In this document: positions 40,684 to 51,379 of the stretch, piece after piece | Position numbering within the stretch: the stretch's first letter is position 1 | Layout of the letters: each line of letters opens with the position of its first letter | NCBI GenBank assembly: GCA_947259705.1 | Contig: CAMYNL010000014.1 | Coordinates: forward strand, 36,875 to 100,874 | Reading direction: 5' to 3' | Source: an uncultured Gammaproteobacteria bacterium | GTDB lineage: Bacteria; Pseudomonadota; Gammaproteobacteria; Arenicellales; JAANXG01 | DNA length: 64,000 nucleotides | The notes under the pieces: model-generated | The model's input: only the letters and a program-made list of their open reading frames with translations | Databases searched by the model: none | Told to the model about the DNA's origin: nothing | Made by a program: the position numbers and the translations under genes

Positions 40684-40977
40684 CCACAGGAGACCCAAGC
40701 ACAGGCGCTGAAGTTGACCGAACCCACACGCGCCGTGCTCGTGACGCCTGGCCATTGCTCAGCGGGAACCGGCAGGTGTACCGTTGATGCGAATGCTAAC
40801 GAGACTCCGTGGCGCCCGCTCTGGTTGTTCACGAACGTTTTCGTCCGCGGCATTCTGGAAGCGAGGCTTACGTACACTCGTCAGGCGAGCGGGCTGTCCA
40901 CGGGAGGTCCCTTGCACGTCGTTCTGCTCGGGGAGGAGCAATCAACCGTGATTCGAGATCCCGGCTAGTCGGGCCAT

Positions 40978-42474
40978 ATGTTCATCGATTCCAGGGAGTT
41001 GGCTCGAAGAAGTGTTCTCGACACTGATGTATGCATCATTGGTGCGGGGGCGGCTGGTATTACCATCGCTCGCGAATTTGTCGGACCTCCGTACAGGTCG
41101 CGTTGCTGGAGAGCGGGGGCTTTGAACACGACGATCGGACAGAGTCGCTGTATCGAGGAGAGAACGTCGGACTTGGCACATTTGCCCCGCACGTCAACCG
41201 GTTGCGTTACTTTGAATGAACAACCAATCACTGGGCCGGTCACTGCCGGCCCTTGAGTCCTATCGATTTCGAAAAGAAGGACTGGATGCCGCACAGCGGG
41301 TGGCCGATTTCGAAGATGGAACTGGATCCTTACTACCACAAGGCGCAGCCCATCCTGGGTCTGGGTGGGCTACCAGTATGAGGATCTTGAAACGCTGGAG
41401 GGCCAAACGGGGCTGTCTCGACTGAGCCTAGACGGAAGCCGACTGGAGTCGGTCGTTTACTGCCAGAGTCACCCGACGCGATTCGTGCAAGTGTACAGGG
41501 ATGAGTTGGGGCAAGCGCCGAACATCCGGGTATACCTGCATGCGAATGCCCTGGAGCTGGTCGCCAACGAATCCGTTTCCAGGGTTGACTTGGTGCGGGT
41601 CGCCTGCCTTGACGGACCCCGATTTTCCGTCAACGGAAAGTTTATAGTCCTGGCAACCGGCGGCATGGAGAATGCGCGGCTTCTGCTGCTTTCCGACCGC
41701 CGATCTCCGAATGGTCTGGGAAACGATGGTGGCCTTGTAGGACGCTACTTCATGGACCATGTGGTGCTGCGGCCCGGGGTCGATATGTCGTTCACCAAGC
41801 CCGGGGTCGATCTCCGGTTGTATCACTACTTTCATAGGATGGCCGGGGGCGTCGTGTTCGCGGTAATGACCGCCACCCATGAGTTGCTTCGCAGGGAAGA
41901 AATGGCTAACTTCCGGATACATCTCGTGCCATCGCCTGCGAAGTACGATGTATTATTGGGCAGCTTGTTTTCTCGGCTTGACGATTATGACGGAGAAGGT
42001 TATTTACAAAAGACGAGTGATAACTCCATATCCATGCATTTGGTGCTTGAACCGAACCCTAATCCCGATTCCCGGATTACCCTGTCGAGTACCCGTGATC
42101 TGCTTGGTCAGCGGCAAGTTCGGGTGAGATGGTTGCTTACCCCGTCGGAACTGTCCAATGCAGATCGAGCGCTTGAGTTGGTGGCCATCGAGTTTGGACG
42201 TATGGGTTCAGGGCGAGGACATGGAGCGATGTTCACCGACAAATCCAGGTGGCCGGGCAACCTGGAGGCCGGCAAGCACCATTGCGGGACAACTCGAATG
42301 TCCGATAGCCCCGAGACCGGCGTCGTGGACGCAGACTGTCGTGTTTTTGGCATTGATAACCTCTACATTGCCGGCAGCTCCGTATTTCCAACCATCGGTT
42401 ACGCTAATCCTACACTGACAATTGTTGCGTTGGCGCTTCGATTGTCGGAGCATATCAAAAGACTTATTCAATGA
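40978..42474 (+). pseudogene. GMC-family FAD oxidoreductase, disrupted
   Basis: IIGAGAAG; frameshift at about 41085; in-frame TGA at 41217-41219 (RLRYFE*TTNHWAGHCRP); frameshift at about 41368; intact C-terminus HHCGTTRM...GSSVFPT...NPTLT. Confidence 0.88.
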
Positions 42475-42905
42475 TTGCCACCCTTGTTCCCCAATCGAGA
42501 CGTACCTTTATCAGAAACGTGTTGAGCGCCACCGCTGCCGCGTTTGTCGGGCCGGGGTGCGGCGTCTTTGGCCCGCCTGGGATCGAGGAAATCGGCCATT
42601 ATCTGGCCGGTCTTATACGGCACCCGCAGGCGGCCGCAGACATTGGAAGCAGCGTTCTTCAGACAGATGCGGCAATCAGGTCAATGTCGCCAGAACAACT
42701 GACCGCCCTGATACTGAGGGAGACGGGGCTGGGAGATGTGGACAGACTCGAGGTCAGTCTCGATGAGATCGGCAGGATTCTAAAGAAAAGAGTTCGGCAG
42801 GACTTTGCAGACGAGACTGTTGTCACGGTAAACGGATGGCTGCTGTCACAGACCGAAGCGCGGCTTTGCGCCCTGGTGAAACTTCAGCGCAGCGCCGAAT
42901 CTTGA
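42471..42905 (+). CDS. Tat-signal small protein, possible lipoprotein and GMC partner subunit
   Basis: SRRTFIRN followed by a hydrophobic stretch ending GPGC; C-terminal VRQDFADETVVTVNGWLLSQTEARLCAL; ATGA overlap with the GMC gene. Confidence 0.72.
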   Translation: MIATLVPQSRRTFIRNVLSATAAAFVGPGCGVFGPPGIEEIGHYLAGLIRHPQAAADIGSSVLQTDAAIRSMSPEQLTALILRETGLGDVDRLEVSLDEIGRILKKRVRQDFADETVVTVNGWLLSQTEARLCALVKLQRSAES

Positions 42906-43113
42906 TCCCGGGCCCCTGACGTCCAGGTATCACAACAACAGGGAGCAGCGGACCCGGGTCATGCGTCGGGTCAGCGGATTTCAGACCGGGAGGGAGTCCG
43001 GCAACACAGTCGAGAGTGTCGTTGTTGACCGCGCAGGCCTGTCGGTCGCGACATGAACATATCCGATGTCACTGTGCGGGTCGGTCGTCGGTGTTCTATA
43101 TAATCCAGGTGAA

Positions 43114-43803
43114 ATGGACAACCAGCATTCAGTTGTACAGAAAGAATTTGACGCACTGGCCGCGGAATATGAATCCAATCGACTTTCCCGATGGTACAAG
43201 GCGCACAGCGATGAGATCCTGAATCATTGCCCGCAACCGATAACGGGTGACATACTGGAAATTGGTTGTGCGACAGGGCATCTCCTGCGACAACTTTCCC
43301 AAAGGGCCCCGCAGGCCGCACTCGTGGGAATCGACGTCTCCCCGGAGATGATCGCCGCGGCGAATCGAAAGTCAGCCGGTGCATCGTCCAGCAGGTTAGT
43401 ACTTCTGGCGGACGACTGGGAGGATCTCGGCGAAAACAGTCTCGAAATTCTGCGTCGGTTTAATTTCCAGCTCATCATTTGTGCCAACACCTTTCACTAT
43501 TTTCGAGATCCGCGCAAGGCTTCTGAAAAGATATACAAGATGCTGGGCGACAATGGTATTCTTCTCGTGCTGGAGCGGGAAAAGCTCAACTCGCCATTGA
43601 CCACACTCTGGGATCTCCTTCACCGTTACTTCATCAAAGACCAGGTCAGGTTTTACGGTGCTGGGGAACTCGTCGATCTCTTCAGGGATGCCGGGTTCGA
43701 AGATGCCCGCATCGTGACGACGATAAGAAGATATTTCTGGAAGGGCAAGCTGTTCACGAGTATAGCCTTGATACGATGTAAAAAACGCATGGGCGACGAT
43801 TGA
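43114..43803 (+). CDS. Class I SAM-dependent methyltransferase
   Basis: ILEIGCATG, GIDVSPEMI and ICANTFHY. Confidence 0.88.
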   Translation: MDNQHSVVQKEFDALAAEYESNRLSRWYKAHSDEILNHCPQPITGDILEIGCATGHLLRQLSQRAPQAALVGIDVSPEMIAAANRKSAGASSSRLVLLADDWEDLGENSLEILRRFNFQLIICANTFHYFRDPRKASEKIYKMLGDNGILLVLEREKLNSPLTTLWDLLHRYFIKDQVRFYGAGELVDLFRDAGFEDARIVTTIRRYFWKGKLFTSIALIRCKKRMGDD

Positions 43804-43807
43804 TACC

Positions 43808-44875
43808 ATGGTTAATCGCATATTGCTGGAAGATGTGCAGCAACGGGAAATGCCTGAAGAGTTCAAAGAGCTTCGAGGCAGGAAGTTGCTGGTGACTGGA
43901 GCGGCTGGTTTTATAGGTGGCGCGCTGTTCAAGCGGTTGGTGGAGTACGGACTGGATGCAGTTGGAACCGTCATGTATCAGGAGGAGGCGCAGGAGTTGC
44001 GCAAGAGCGGCTACCAGGTAGAAGTCCTTGATCTCGCGGGTAATGAATCGTGGTCCGAAGTTTTACGTGATGTCGACATTGTGTTCAATATCGCCGCGTT
44101 GTTTCAGGAAGTGGAACACGGTGAAACCATGTACAACAAGGTCAACGTCGACGGCACGTTGCGACTCGTGCAGGAAGCCGCAAAGGCCGGCGTGAAGAGG
44201 TTCGTGCATTGCAGTACCGTGGGCGTCCACGGGCATGTCAAGGAAATCCCATGCACCGAGCAAAGCCCCTTCAATCCTATGGACGAATACCACAGGAGTA
44301 AACTCAAGGGAGAGTTGGCAGTCTTGGATTTCGCCAAGCCCCTGCCGAAGGACGGTATGGTGGTTACGGTGAATCGACCGGCCATGGTATATGGTCCGGG
44401 CGACGTACGGATGATGAAATTGTTTCAAGCCATCGCGAAACGAAGATTCATGATGATAGGATCCGGTAAGACCCTGGCTCATCTGGGGTACATCGATGAC
44501 CAGGTGAACTCGTTCTTGTTGTGTGCCGTGAAACCTCGGGAGAATGTGCACCTGCAATCGTTCAACATCGCATCAGGATCTCCGATAACACTGAATGAAC
44601 TGGCTGCCAAGATTGCCGAGGCCGGCAACGTTGCGCTGCCAGGGGTCAAGATCCCGGTTGCGCCTGTATGGTTCGCGGGCCTGCTGTGTGAGATCGTCTG
44701 TCGGCCCTTCGGGTTGAAGCCGCCCGTGTTTCGCCGTCGCGTGGGATTCTTCACGCATGACCGCTCATTTGACCTGAGCAAAGCAAGAAAACTGCTTGAT
44801 TATGTGCCCAGAGTTGACGAAAAGGAGGGAATTCGAATCACGCTGGATTGGTATCGCAAACACGGTTTCGTCTAG
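43808..44875 (+). CDS. NAD-dependent epimerase/dehydratase (extended SDR)
   Basis: VTGAAGFIG, HCSTVGV, YHRSK (YxxxK) and RPAMVYGP. Confidence 0.92.
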   Translation: MVNRILLEDVQQREMPEEFKELRGRKLLVTGAAGFIGGALFKRLVEYGLDAVGTVMYQEEAQELRKSGYQVEVLDLAGNESWSEVLRDVDIVFNIAALFQEVEHGETMYNKVNVDGTLRLVQEAAKAGVKRFVHCSTVGVHGHVKEIPCTEQSPFNPMDEYHRSKLKGELAVLDFAKPLPKDGMVVTVNRPAMVYGPGDVRMMKLFQAIAKRRFMMIGSGKTLAHLGYIDDQVNSFLLCAVKPRENVHLQSFNIASGSPITLNELAAKIAEAGNVALPGVKIPVAPVWFAGLLCEIVCRPFGLKPPVFRRRVGFFTHDRSFDLSKARKLLDYVPRVDEKEGIRITLDWYRKHGFV

Positions 44876-44896
44876 CCACCACTCGATGAGAATGCA

Positions 44897-46813
44897 ATGT
44901 GCGGCATCGCTGGTATAACCGGCCCGGACAGGGTTACGGCAATAGTTCCCATGACGGAAGTACTGACTCATCGGGGGCCCGACGACTCCGGTTTTTATCA
45001 TGATGACCATATCGCGCTTGGGCAGAGACGCCTGAGTATCATTGATCTCAGTACGGGTAAACAGCCCATATCCAACGAGGACGGCACGTTACAGCTGGTC
45101 TGTAATGGTGAGATCTATAATAGCCCGCAGCTTCGTAAGACGCTGATTGCAAAGGGTCATCAGTTCAAGACGGCCACGGACGTTGAGGTCATACTTCATC
45201 TGTATGAGGAGCATGGCGAAAACTGCGTTGGTTTCCTCCAGGGAATGTTTGCCATCGCATTGTGGGATAGCGTCAACAGGAAGTTGTTTTTAGCGCGTGA
45301 TCATCTGGGACAGAAGCCTTTGTTTTATTGTGAGCGCAATGGAAGTTTTGCATTTGCGTCGGAAGTCAAGGGGATACTTGCATCCGGTATAGTGGACCCG
45401 GGTATTGATACGCAGGCGCTCTGGCATTATCTCTCTCTGCGCTACATGCCCGATAATTATTCAATGTTCGCGGGCATTCAAAAACTTCCGGCAGCGACGT
45501 CCCTTGTGTTTGCAGGGGGTAAGGTCAGCTCGCGGCGATACTGGAATGTCGACTTCAATATAAAGTTATCCGGGCGGGAAGAAGATATAGCCGAGCAACT
45601 GCATGCTCTTCTCAAGGAAACGGTCGCAAGTCACTTGCTTAGCGACGTGCGTGTGGGCACGTTTCTGAGCGGTGGCATAGATTCGGGCACCATAGCGTCA
45701 TTGATGGCGATACAGAGTCCAGAGAGAATCCCCAGATTCTCTATCGGTACCAGGGAGAAGCAGTTCAACGAGTTGCCGTACGCGAAGCTGGTTTCCGACA
45801 AGTTCAACATGGAGACCTACGAGAAGATCGTAGAACCGGACCTGATTCACAGTATACCGTCGATGATTTATCACATGGACGAGCCATCTGACCCATTTGG
45901 ATTTGGCGTTTATCTGGTAGCGCAGCTGGCCGCGGAGCACGTTAAAGTTGTCCTGAGCGGTGATGGGGGCGACGAGAACTTCGCTGGTTATGATCGTTAC
46001 GTCGGCCAGCGGCTCGTGGATTACTACTGCGTGTTGCCGAAATGGTTCAGACAAGGATTCATTAAGAAGCTTACGGATCGCATCCCGGAGACCTTCGGTT
46101 ACAAGAGCCTCGCGCAGAAGGCGGCGTGGGTGAACGAGATGTCGCTGTTTTCCGGGGGGGAGCGGTACGCACAAAGCCTCGGCGTTTTGCGTTTTACCCA
46201 TCAGGCCAAGCAGCAGCTTTTCACCGATGCCGTACAGAAACAGTTTTCCGAATATCGGTCATCGGAAAAGATCCTAGAGTATTTCAATGCTGATAATGCC
46301 AGTGATGTAGTCGATAAAATGCTCTACACGGATCTTATGACCCGTATGCCGGACCACCTTCTCACTATCGGTGATCGCATGACCATGGCCCATTCCCTCG
46401 AGAGCCGCGCGCCACTGATTGACCATAAAGTAGTGGAGTTTGCGGCGAGTATTCCGGCGAATATGAAATTGAGGGGCAACCAGACGAAACATATGTTGCG
46501 CAAGGTGGCGTCGCGTTATCTGCCTGACCAGGTGGTAAAGCTCGAGAAACAGGGATTCCGGTTTCCGCTGGGTGTCTGGTTTCGTGCTGATCTCAAGGCG
46601 TTCTTACGGAGTCTATTCAGACAGTCACGTTTTGTCGAGTTAGGTATATTTGAACAGAGTTACATCGACACGCTGCTGGATGAACATATAGACGGAAAGG
46701 TCGACCACAATTATCGTATCTGGATCCTGTTGAACCTGGAGATATGGTACCGCCTGTACTTCGAGGGGGAGACAGTCGATTCCATGCGTGACTTTACCGG
46801 CCAGTTGGCCTGA
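44897..46813 (+). CDS. Asparagine synthase-like glutamine amidotransferase (AsnB family), probably glycan-amidating
   Basis: MCGI (Cys2), HRGPD, NGEIYN, RDHLGQKPL, FLSGGIDS and LSGDGGDE. Confidence 0.92.
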   Translation: MCGIAGITGPDRVTAIVPMTEVLTHRGPDDSGFYHDDHIALGQRRLSIIDLSTGKQPISNEDGTLQLVCNGEIYNSPQLRKTLIAKGHQFKTATDVEVILHLYEEHGENCVGFLQGMFAIALWDSVNRKLFLARDHLGQKPLFYCERNGSFAFASEVKGILASGIVDPGIDTQALWHYLSLRYMPDNYSMFAGIQKLPAATSLVFAGGKVSSRRYWNVDFNIKLSGREEDIAEQLHALLKETVASHLLSDVRVGTFLSGGIDSGTIASLMAIQSPERIPRFSIGTREKQFNELPYAKLVSDKFNMETYEKIVEPDLIHSIPSMIYHMDEPSDPFGFGVYLVAQLAAEHVKVVLSGDGGDENFAGYDRYVGQRLVDYYCVLPKWFRQGFIKKLTDRIPETFGYKSLAQKAAWVNEMSLFSGGERYAQSLGVLRFTHQAKQQLFTDAVQKQFSEYRSSEKILEYFNADNASDVVDKMLYTDLMTRMPDHLLTIGDRMTMAHSLESRAPLIDHKVVEFAASIPANMKLRGNQTKHMLRKVASRYLPDQVVKLEKQGFRFPLGVWFRADLKAFLRSLFRQSRFVELGIFEQSYIDTLLDEHIDGKVDHNYRIWILLNLEIWYRLYFEGETVDSMRDFTGQLA

Positions 46814-46822
46814 AACCAGACA

Positions 46823-47578
46823 TTGGAAAAGAAGACAGAAATAAACAAGACCCACAAGGTCATAACGGAGCAGGGCTCCGCCTTGTCTAAATATCAGAAT
46901 GTGATTCTTGGCACGGACTCGATAGCGTTCCTGGTCTATTTCGAAGTTTGCGCCTGGCTGGGAAAGATACCCGGCGCGGTCGGGATCCTGGTGCGAAAAC
47001 TGCTATGGCCCAGGCTTTTCGGTAGCTGCGGGAAGGGGGTTATGTTTGCCGAAGGTATCGTGCTGCGTCATCCAAGAAGAATTCACCTGGGAGACAACAT
47101 AGTATTGAGTGAGGGCGCCGTCCTCGATGCGCGGCATGATGACGATGAGCGCGCTTTGGTGCTGGGCGACAACGTCATGCTTTCCGTCAACGTGATGATA
47201 TCCTGCAAAAACAGCTGCGTCGAAATTGGTTCAAGAACCGGCCTGAGTGCACATACCATCATTCACGCTACAAACAACTGCCCGGTGCATATAGGTGAGG
47301 ATGTGATTGTTGGTCCGCAATCTTATATTGCGGCCGGGGGAAACTATAATTTCGACCGACTCGACGTGCCGATCAAGGATCAGGGGATCGCCCAGGATGG
47401 CGGCGTTATATTGGAAGACAACGTTTGGCTCGGTGCCAAGGCCACCGTGCTGGGTGGCGTCACCATGCATTCCGGCAGCATCGCCGGGGCAGGCGCCGTG
47501 GTGACCAAGTCCATACCCGCGAATACCATTTGCGCGGGGGTCCCGGCGAAGGTGGTCAGGACGCGCGGGTTGTCCTAG
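46823..47578 (+). CDS. Hexapeptide-repeat O-acyltransferase
   Basis: LbH repeats; VILEDNVWLGAKATVLGGV and AGVPAKVVR; TTG start. Confidence 0.88.
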   Translation: MEKKTEINKTHKVITEQGSALSKYQNVILGTDSIAFLVYFEVCAWLGKIPGAVGILVRKLLWPRLFGSCGKGVMFAEGIVLRHPRRIHLGDNIVLSEGAVLDARHDDDERALVLGDNVMLSVNVMISCKNSCVEIGSRTGLSAHTIIHATNNCPVHIGEDVIVGPQSYIAAGGNYNFDRLDVPIKDQGIAQDGGVILEDNVWLGAKATVLGGVTMHSGSIAGAGAVVTKSIPANTICAGVPAKVVRTRGLS

Positions 47579-48354
47579 CCGCCATTCCGTTTCCTGACCA
47601 GGGGGAGGGCCTCCATTATCGCATCGAACCATCGCTGTGCCATCTTCTCCTCCCCTTTTTCATTCGGGTGAACACCGTCATAGTTGTCCTTCTCGGCATC
47701 ATAATCGCTGAAATGATCCACCAACAGAACCGGTGAATTGACCGTATTCATCATCTCCACGACCCCAGGTATGGCCATGTTGACCGCGACCACGGCTTCG
47801 CTGTCGCCCTGCTTGCGCTTGGTCGGTATGAGTTTTGCCACCAGGATTACGGCGTTGGGGTTATCGGTTCGCAGCAGGGTGATTACCTGCTTGAGCTCGT
47901 CGGCGATCTGCGCGCTACTCTGGCGGTTGAATGCATCATTCGTTCCCAGATGGACCAGGGCGATATCAAAATCGTAACCCTGCATCCACTGCGACAGACT
48001 GCCCGATCCGGTCTTGTTTCTGGGGTTGCGTCCCTTGACCAGGTCGCTTGCCTCCCATCCGAAGTGGCCCTCATGGTCCTTGTCGAACTGCAATCCCTTG
48101 TAATCCGGTTGCGGGGTGTCGCCTTTCGAGTATCTGTCAGTTTGGGTATTCATCGATCCGACGAAGTCGAACTTTACACCTGCGTCGATCAGTCTCTTCC
48201 AGAGCGGGTACCTGTAGCTGGCCCGATTGATTTCGGCATGCGTTATGGAATCTCCCAATGGAAGGATCCTGTATACATAGTCGTCAGCGATCACCAACGC
48301 TGGCGAGAGCATTGCGGTAACAATAGATACCGAGGCAATGAAACGGGCGATCAT
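47575..48354 (-). CDS. Secreted SGNH/GDSL hydrolase
   Basis: Signal peptide; GDSIT, HEGHFGW, HLGTND and DGVHPN. Confidence 0.88.
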   Translation of the reverse strand: MIARFIASVSIVTAMLSPALVIADDYVYRILPLGDSITHAEINRASYRYPLWKRLIDAGVKFDFVGSMNTQTDRYSKGDTPQPDYKGLQFDKDHEGHFGWEASDLVKGRNPRNKTGSGSLSQWMQGYDFDIALVHLGTNDAFNRQSSAQIADELKQVITLLRTDNPNAVILVAKLIPTKRKQGDSEAVVAVNMAIPGVVEMMNTVNSPVLLVDHFSDYDAEKDNYDGVHPNEKGEEKMAQRWFDAIMEALPLVRKRNGG

Positions 48355-48835
48355 CCGCTCACCGTTGGGTTTGCCGGCCAAAGGATCAATAATTGATGCA
48401 CGTGAGTAAGCCAATGTAGTATCCACCATAGATTGAGCGTAAAAACTTTAATATAGAAACGGGGCGAAGGGCAATGTCGCCACGTCGCGCCCGAAACGGT
48501 GGGAATACCGGCAGGCGGCTGGGGAGTGCGTGTCTTTCAGGTGTGCGTACACCGGGGTTGCGCGAAGCAGGGATGGTCCTCGAGCTAGTCACCCGATACT
48601 GCTGACGGACGGTCTGGAGGGCTTGAGGCCGTATACGTCTTTCGTGGCCTGTCTTGTCCTAGCGTGTATGCGGCGGGGCCCCGAGGGTATTTCTTGGGAC
48701 TGGCACTGGATATAATCACCGATTCGACAAAGGCGCCGAATCTCCGTGAGCTTGACCGCACAACGGCCTCCGTGATCGATAACAGTTTGCCTTCGCGCCC
48801 CACGAATAAAGCAACTAGCCGCTGACAAGCTCCGC

Positions 48836-51328
48836 ATGTTCCTGAAAATCGAAAGGCCCCATTTGTTGGCAGTCCTTTTTCTGGCTGTCTGCGCCACCGG
48901 CTATCTCTTTGACGTGCTTTTTCTGGACAGACATCTGAGTGCGTTTGACATCCTGCTCGAAAAGCCCTCCTGGAAACTAGAGTTCGGGGATATTCGGGCG
49001 AATAACGGCATCTTGGTCGATTCACCGACGGCGCATTATCCATACAAGAAGGAATTCTGGGACGCGACCCGCCAAGGCTATAACGCGCACTATCTGCCCC
49101 ACATTTTCACCGGCAAGCCCACGGCAGGCCAGGGCGTCGGCATGCTGTCGACGAGCCCTTTTCAGTTCTTCCTGGATATACCGAATGCGCTGGATTGGAG
49201 TACTTGGTTTCGGCTCCTGCTCGCCGCTGTGTTCATGTATGTGTTCCTCATACAGCTGGGGGTCGGCATCACGGCCGCGGTACTGGGTAGCATTGCATGG
49301 ACATACAACATGCACCAGATAGCCTGGCTCATGTTTCCTCATCATCTGGCAACCCAATTATGGCTGCCTTTGCTGCTGAGTCTGAACCTGCTGTTGTTGA
49401 AGAAACGGGCGGACCCGGCCGCCGCCCTTGGCTTGGTTTTCGGCGTTGTTTTCTTCTTCTCAAGTGGTTACACCCAGATAGTACTTTATACCTTCATCTA
49501 TATCGGCCTGTTCAATGTCTTCTACATGTTGATCGTGCAGCGCGGCCCCGCTGTCGAAAAATTGAAGACCTGGTTCCACGTTCAGGCGATATACGTCATT
49601 GCCGGACTCATCCTGCTGCCGGATGTGCTGTGGCAGGGCCAGGAGATCGCAGAAGGATTGAGAGGCAACCAGAAGTTCCGGTACAGCTCTCATGAGCTGG
49701 AGCTATCCATTGCGTCTGTGGGCGCCCTGCTCTCGGACCTGCTGCCCAGCTCGATCGAAGCGGCCCGCCTTTTCCTGCCCAATTACGAGAGTGAACTGGG
49801 TCACCCTCCTTCATTGAAGCAGTTTTTCAACAGCAATACCGTTGAGTATCAGGTCTTTTTTGGTCTGGTCTGCCTCTATCTGTGCCTGTACGGATTGATC
49901 GGGGGCGTTATCAGCAGGAATCGACAACTCATATTGTTTGCTGTTCTGCTTTTGTTGTGTATTGGTCTACTTAATGGTAACCAAACGTTGATAGGCCTGC
50001 TGGGTCTGGTTCCTTTCGGAGGCGCTGGAACTTATTCTCGCATTGCTACTTTGATTTTGTTTACCGCAGCAATTTTTGTTGCTTTTGGTGCCAGGCAATT
50101 CGTCGCGGATCTGTCCGGTAAGCGGTATTTCTCCATGGTATTCGTCGTGCTGCTGATCCTGGGATGGCTCGCCATGGCCAAGTGGAAACATCAGGACACG
50201 CTTGCTCTGCAGGAATTCGTACCCTGGATCGGATACCTGTTAGCCTTTGTCGTTACCTCCGCCGGACTGGCGCGACTCGGACATATTCGTCTCGTTATTC
50301 CCATCGCGGTAATAGCGAGTTTCGCCGAGTTAGTTTTGGCTGGATTCAATTTCAATACTCGGCTCGAGGGCAAATACCACTTTCCCGAGAATTCCATCAT
50401 CAAGCAGATCCGAGCCACGGATGGCTATTTCAGAACGGCCTTGTTGATGGACAATACTGCCTATCACCATAATATCTTCACCTATTATGATCTTTCAACG
50501 ATCGGTGGATATTCAACCGTTGTTCCAAATGACTATGTGTACTTCATGCGCGAAGCATATAAGAAAATACATCTCTCGTTGAATGGAATAATATTTCTGT
50601 TCGACGGCAATCTTCAGATACTCAGGCTGCTCAACACACGATATATCGTGTCGAATCTGCCCTTGGAAAGCGACTTGATCAGCCCGGTCTACAGCAATGA
50701 TGTCGAGACCTTGTATCAGTTCAAAGAACCCCTGGACAGGGTGTATTGCGCGTCGCATCAGATAGTTAATAATGACCCAAGATCGGTACCCGGGCATTTG
50801 GCTGCAATGGCCTTAAGGTATGACAGGCCGATAATCGTCGAAAACCCGGTGCTTGATGAAGAATCACTTACCAGGTTGTGCAAGGTGTCAGAACTGGAAG
50901 TGTTCACGAGTAAGCTTGTTTTCGAGGTCGACTCGGACCGTCCCTCGGTGGTGTTTATACCTGTTAACCATCATATGTACTGGAACGCGCGCATAAACGG
51001 AAAGACTGCAACCGTGCACAAGGCGAACTATGCGTTTATGAGTGTTGTAGTGCCGGCAGGAAACAGCCGTGTTGTGCTAGAGTTCGTAAATACGAAACTC
51101 GTAGTGGGCGCAGTACTTTTTATTGTGCTGGGGATCATCGCAATCATGATCGGGTGGGCCCATGTCCATTCGCGTTGGCAGAAGACCGCAATCTTGGTGT
51201 GTGCCACTGTGGTCATAGGAAAAAGCCTGTTGTCAATCCCTGGCATAATGAACTCCGATGTTCCGGAGCGAAGGTGGCCGGAAAAAACACAGGCTGATCA
51301 GAGAGAAGGCAAACATCGGTTACCGTAA
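48836..51328 (+). CDS. YfhO-like polytopic membrane protein (putative GT-C glycosyltransferase)
   Basis: Many TM helices, WTYNMHQIAW, IGGYS periplasmic domain, WNARING...HKANYAFMSVVVPAGNSRVVLEF tail. Confidence 0.78.
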   Translation: MFLKIERPHLLAVLFLAVCATGYLFDVLFLDRHLSAFDILLEKPSWKLEFGDIRANNGILVDSPTAHYPYKKEFWDATRQGYNAHYLPHIFTGKPTAGQGVGMLSTSPFQFFLDIPNALDWSTWFRLLLAAVFMYVFLIQLGVGITAAVLGSIAWTYNMHQIAWLMFPHHLATQLWLPLLLSLNLLLLKKRADPAAALGLVFGVVFFFSSGYTQIVLYTFIYIGLFNVFYMLIVQRGPAVEKLKTWFHVQAIYVIAGLILLPDVLWQGQEIAEGLRGNQKFRYSSHELELSIASVGALLSDLLPSSIEAARLFLPNYESELGHPPSLKQFFNSNTVEYQVFFGLVCLYLCLYGLIGGVISRNRQLILFAVLLLLCIGLLNGNQTLIGLLGLVPFGGAGTYSRIATLILFTAAIFVAFGARQFVADLSGKRYFSMVFVVLLILGWLAMAKWKHQDTLALQEFVPWIGYLLAFVVTSAGLARLGHIRLVIPIAVIASFAELVLAGFNFNTRLEGKYHFPENSIIKQIRATDGYFRTALLMDNTAYHHNIFTYYDLSTIGGYSTVVPNDYVYFMREAYKKIHLSLNGIIFLFDGNLQILRLLNTRYIVSNLPLESDLISPVYSNDVETLYQFKEPLDRVYCASHQIVNNDPRSVPGHLAAMALRYDRPIIVENPVLDEESLTRLCKVSELEVFTSKLVFEVDSDRPSVVFIPVNHHMYWNARINGKTATVHKANYAFMSVVVPAGNSRVVLEFVNTKLVVGAVLFIVLGIIAIMIGWAHVHSRWQKTAILVCATVVIGKSLLSIPGIMNSDVPERRWPEKTQADQREGKHRLP

Positions 51329-51379
51329 TGCGCATGTTCTGCTTCGCGTTTATCAGGGCGATTACTAGTTGTACATTAC

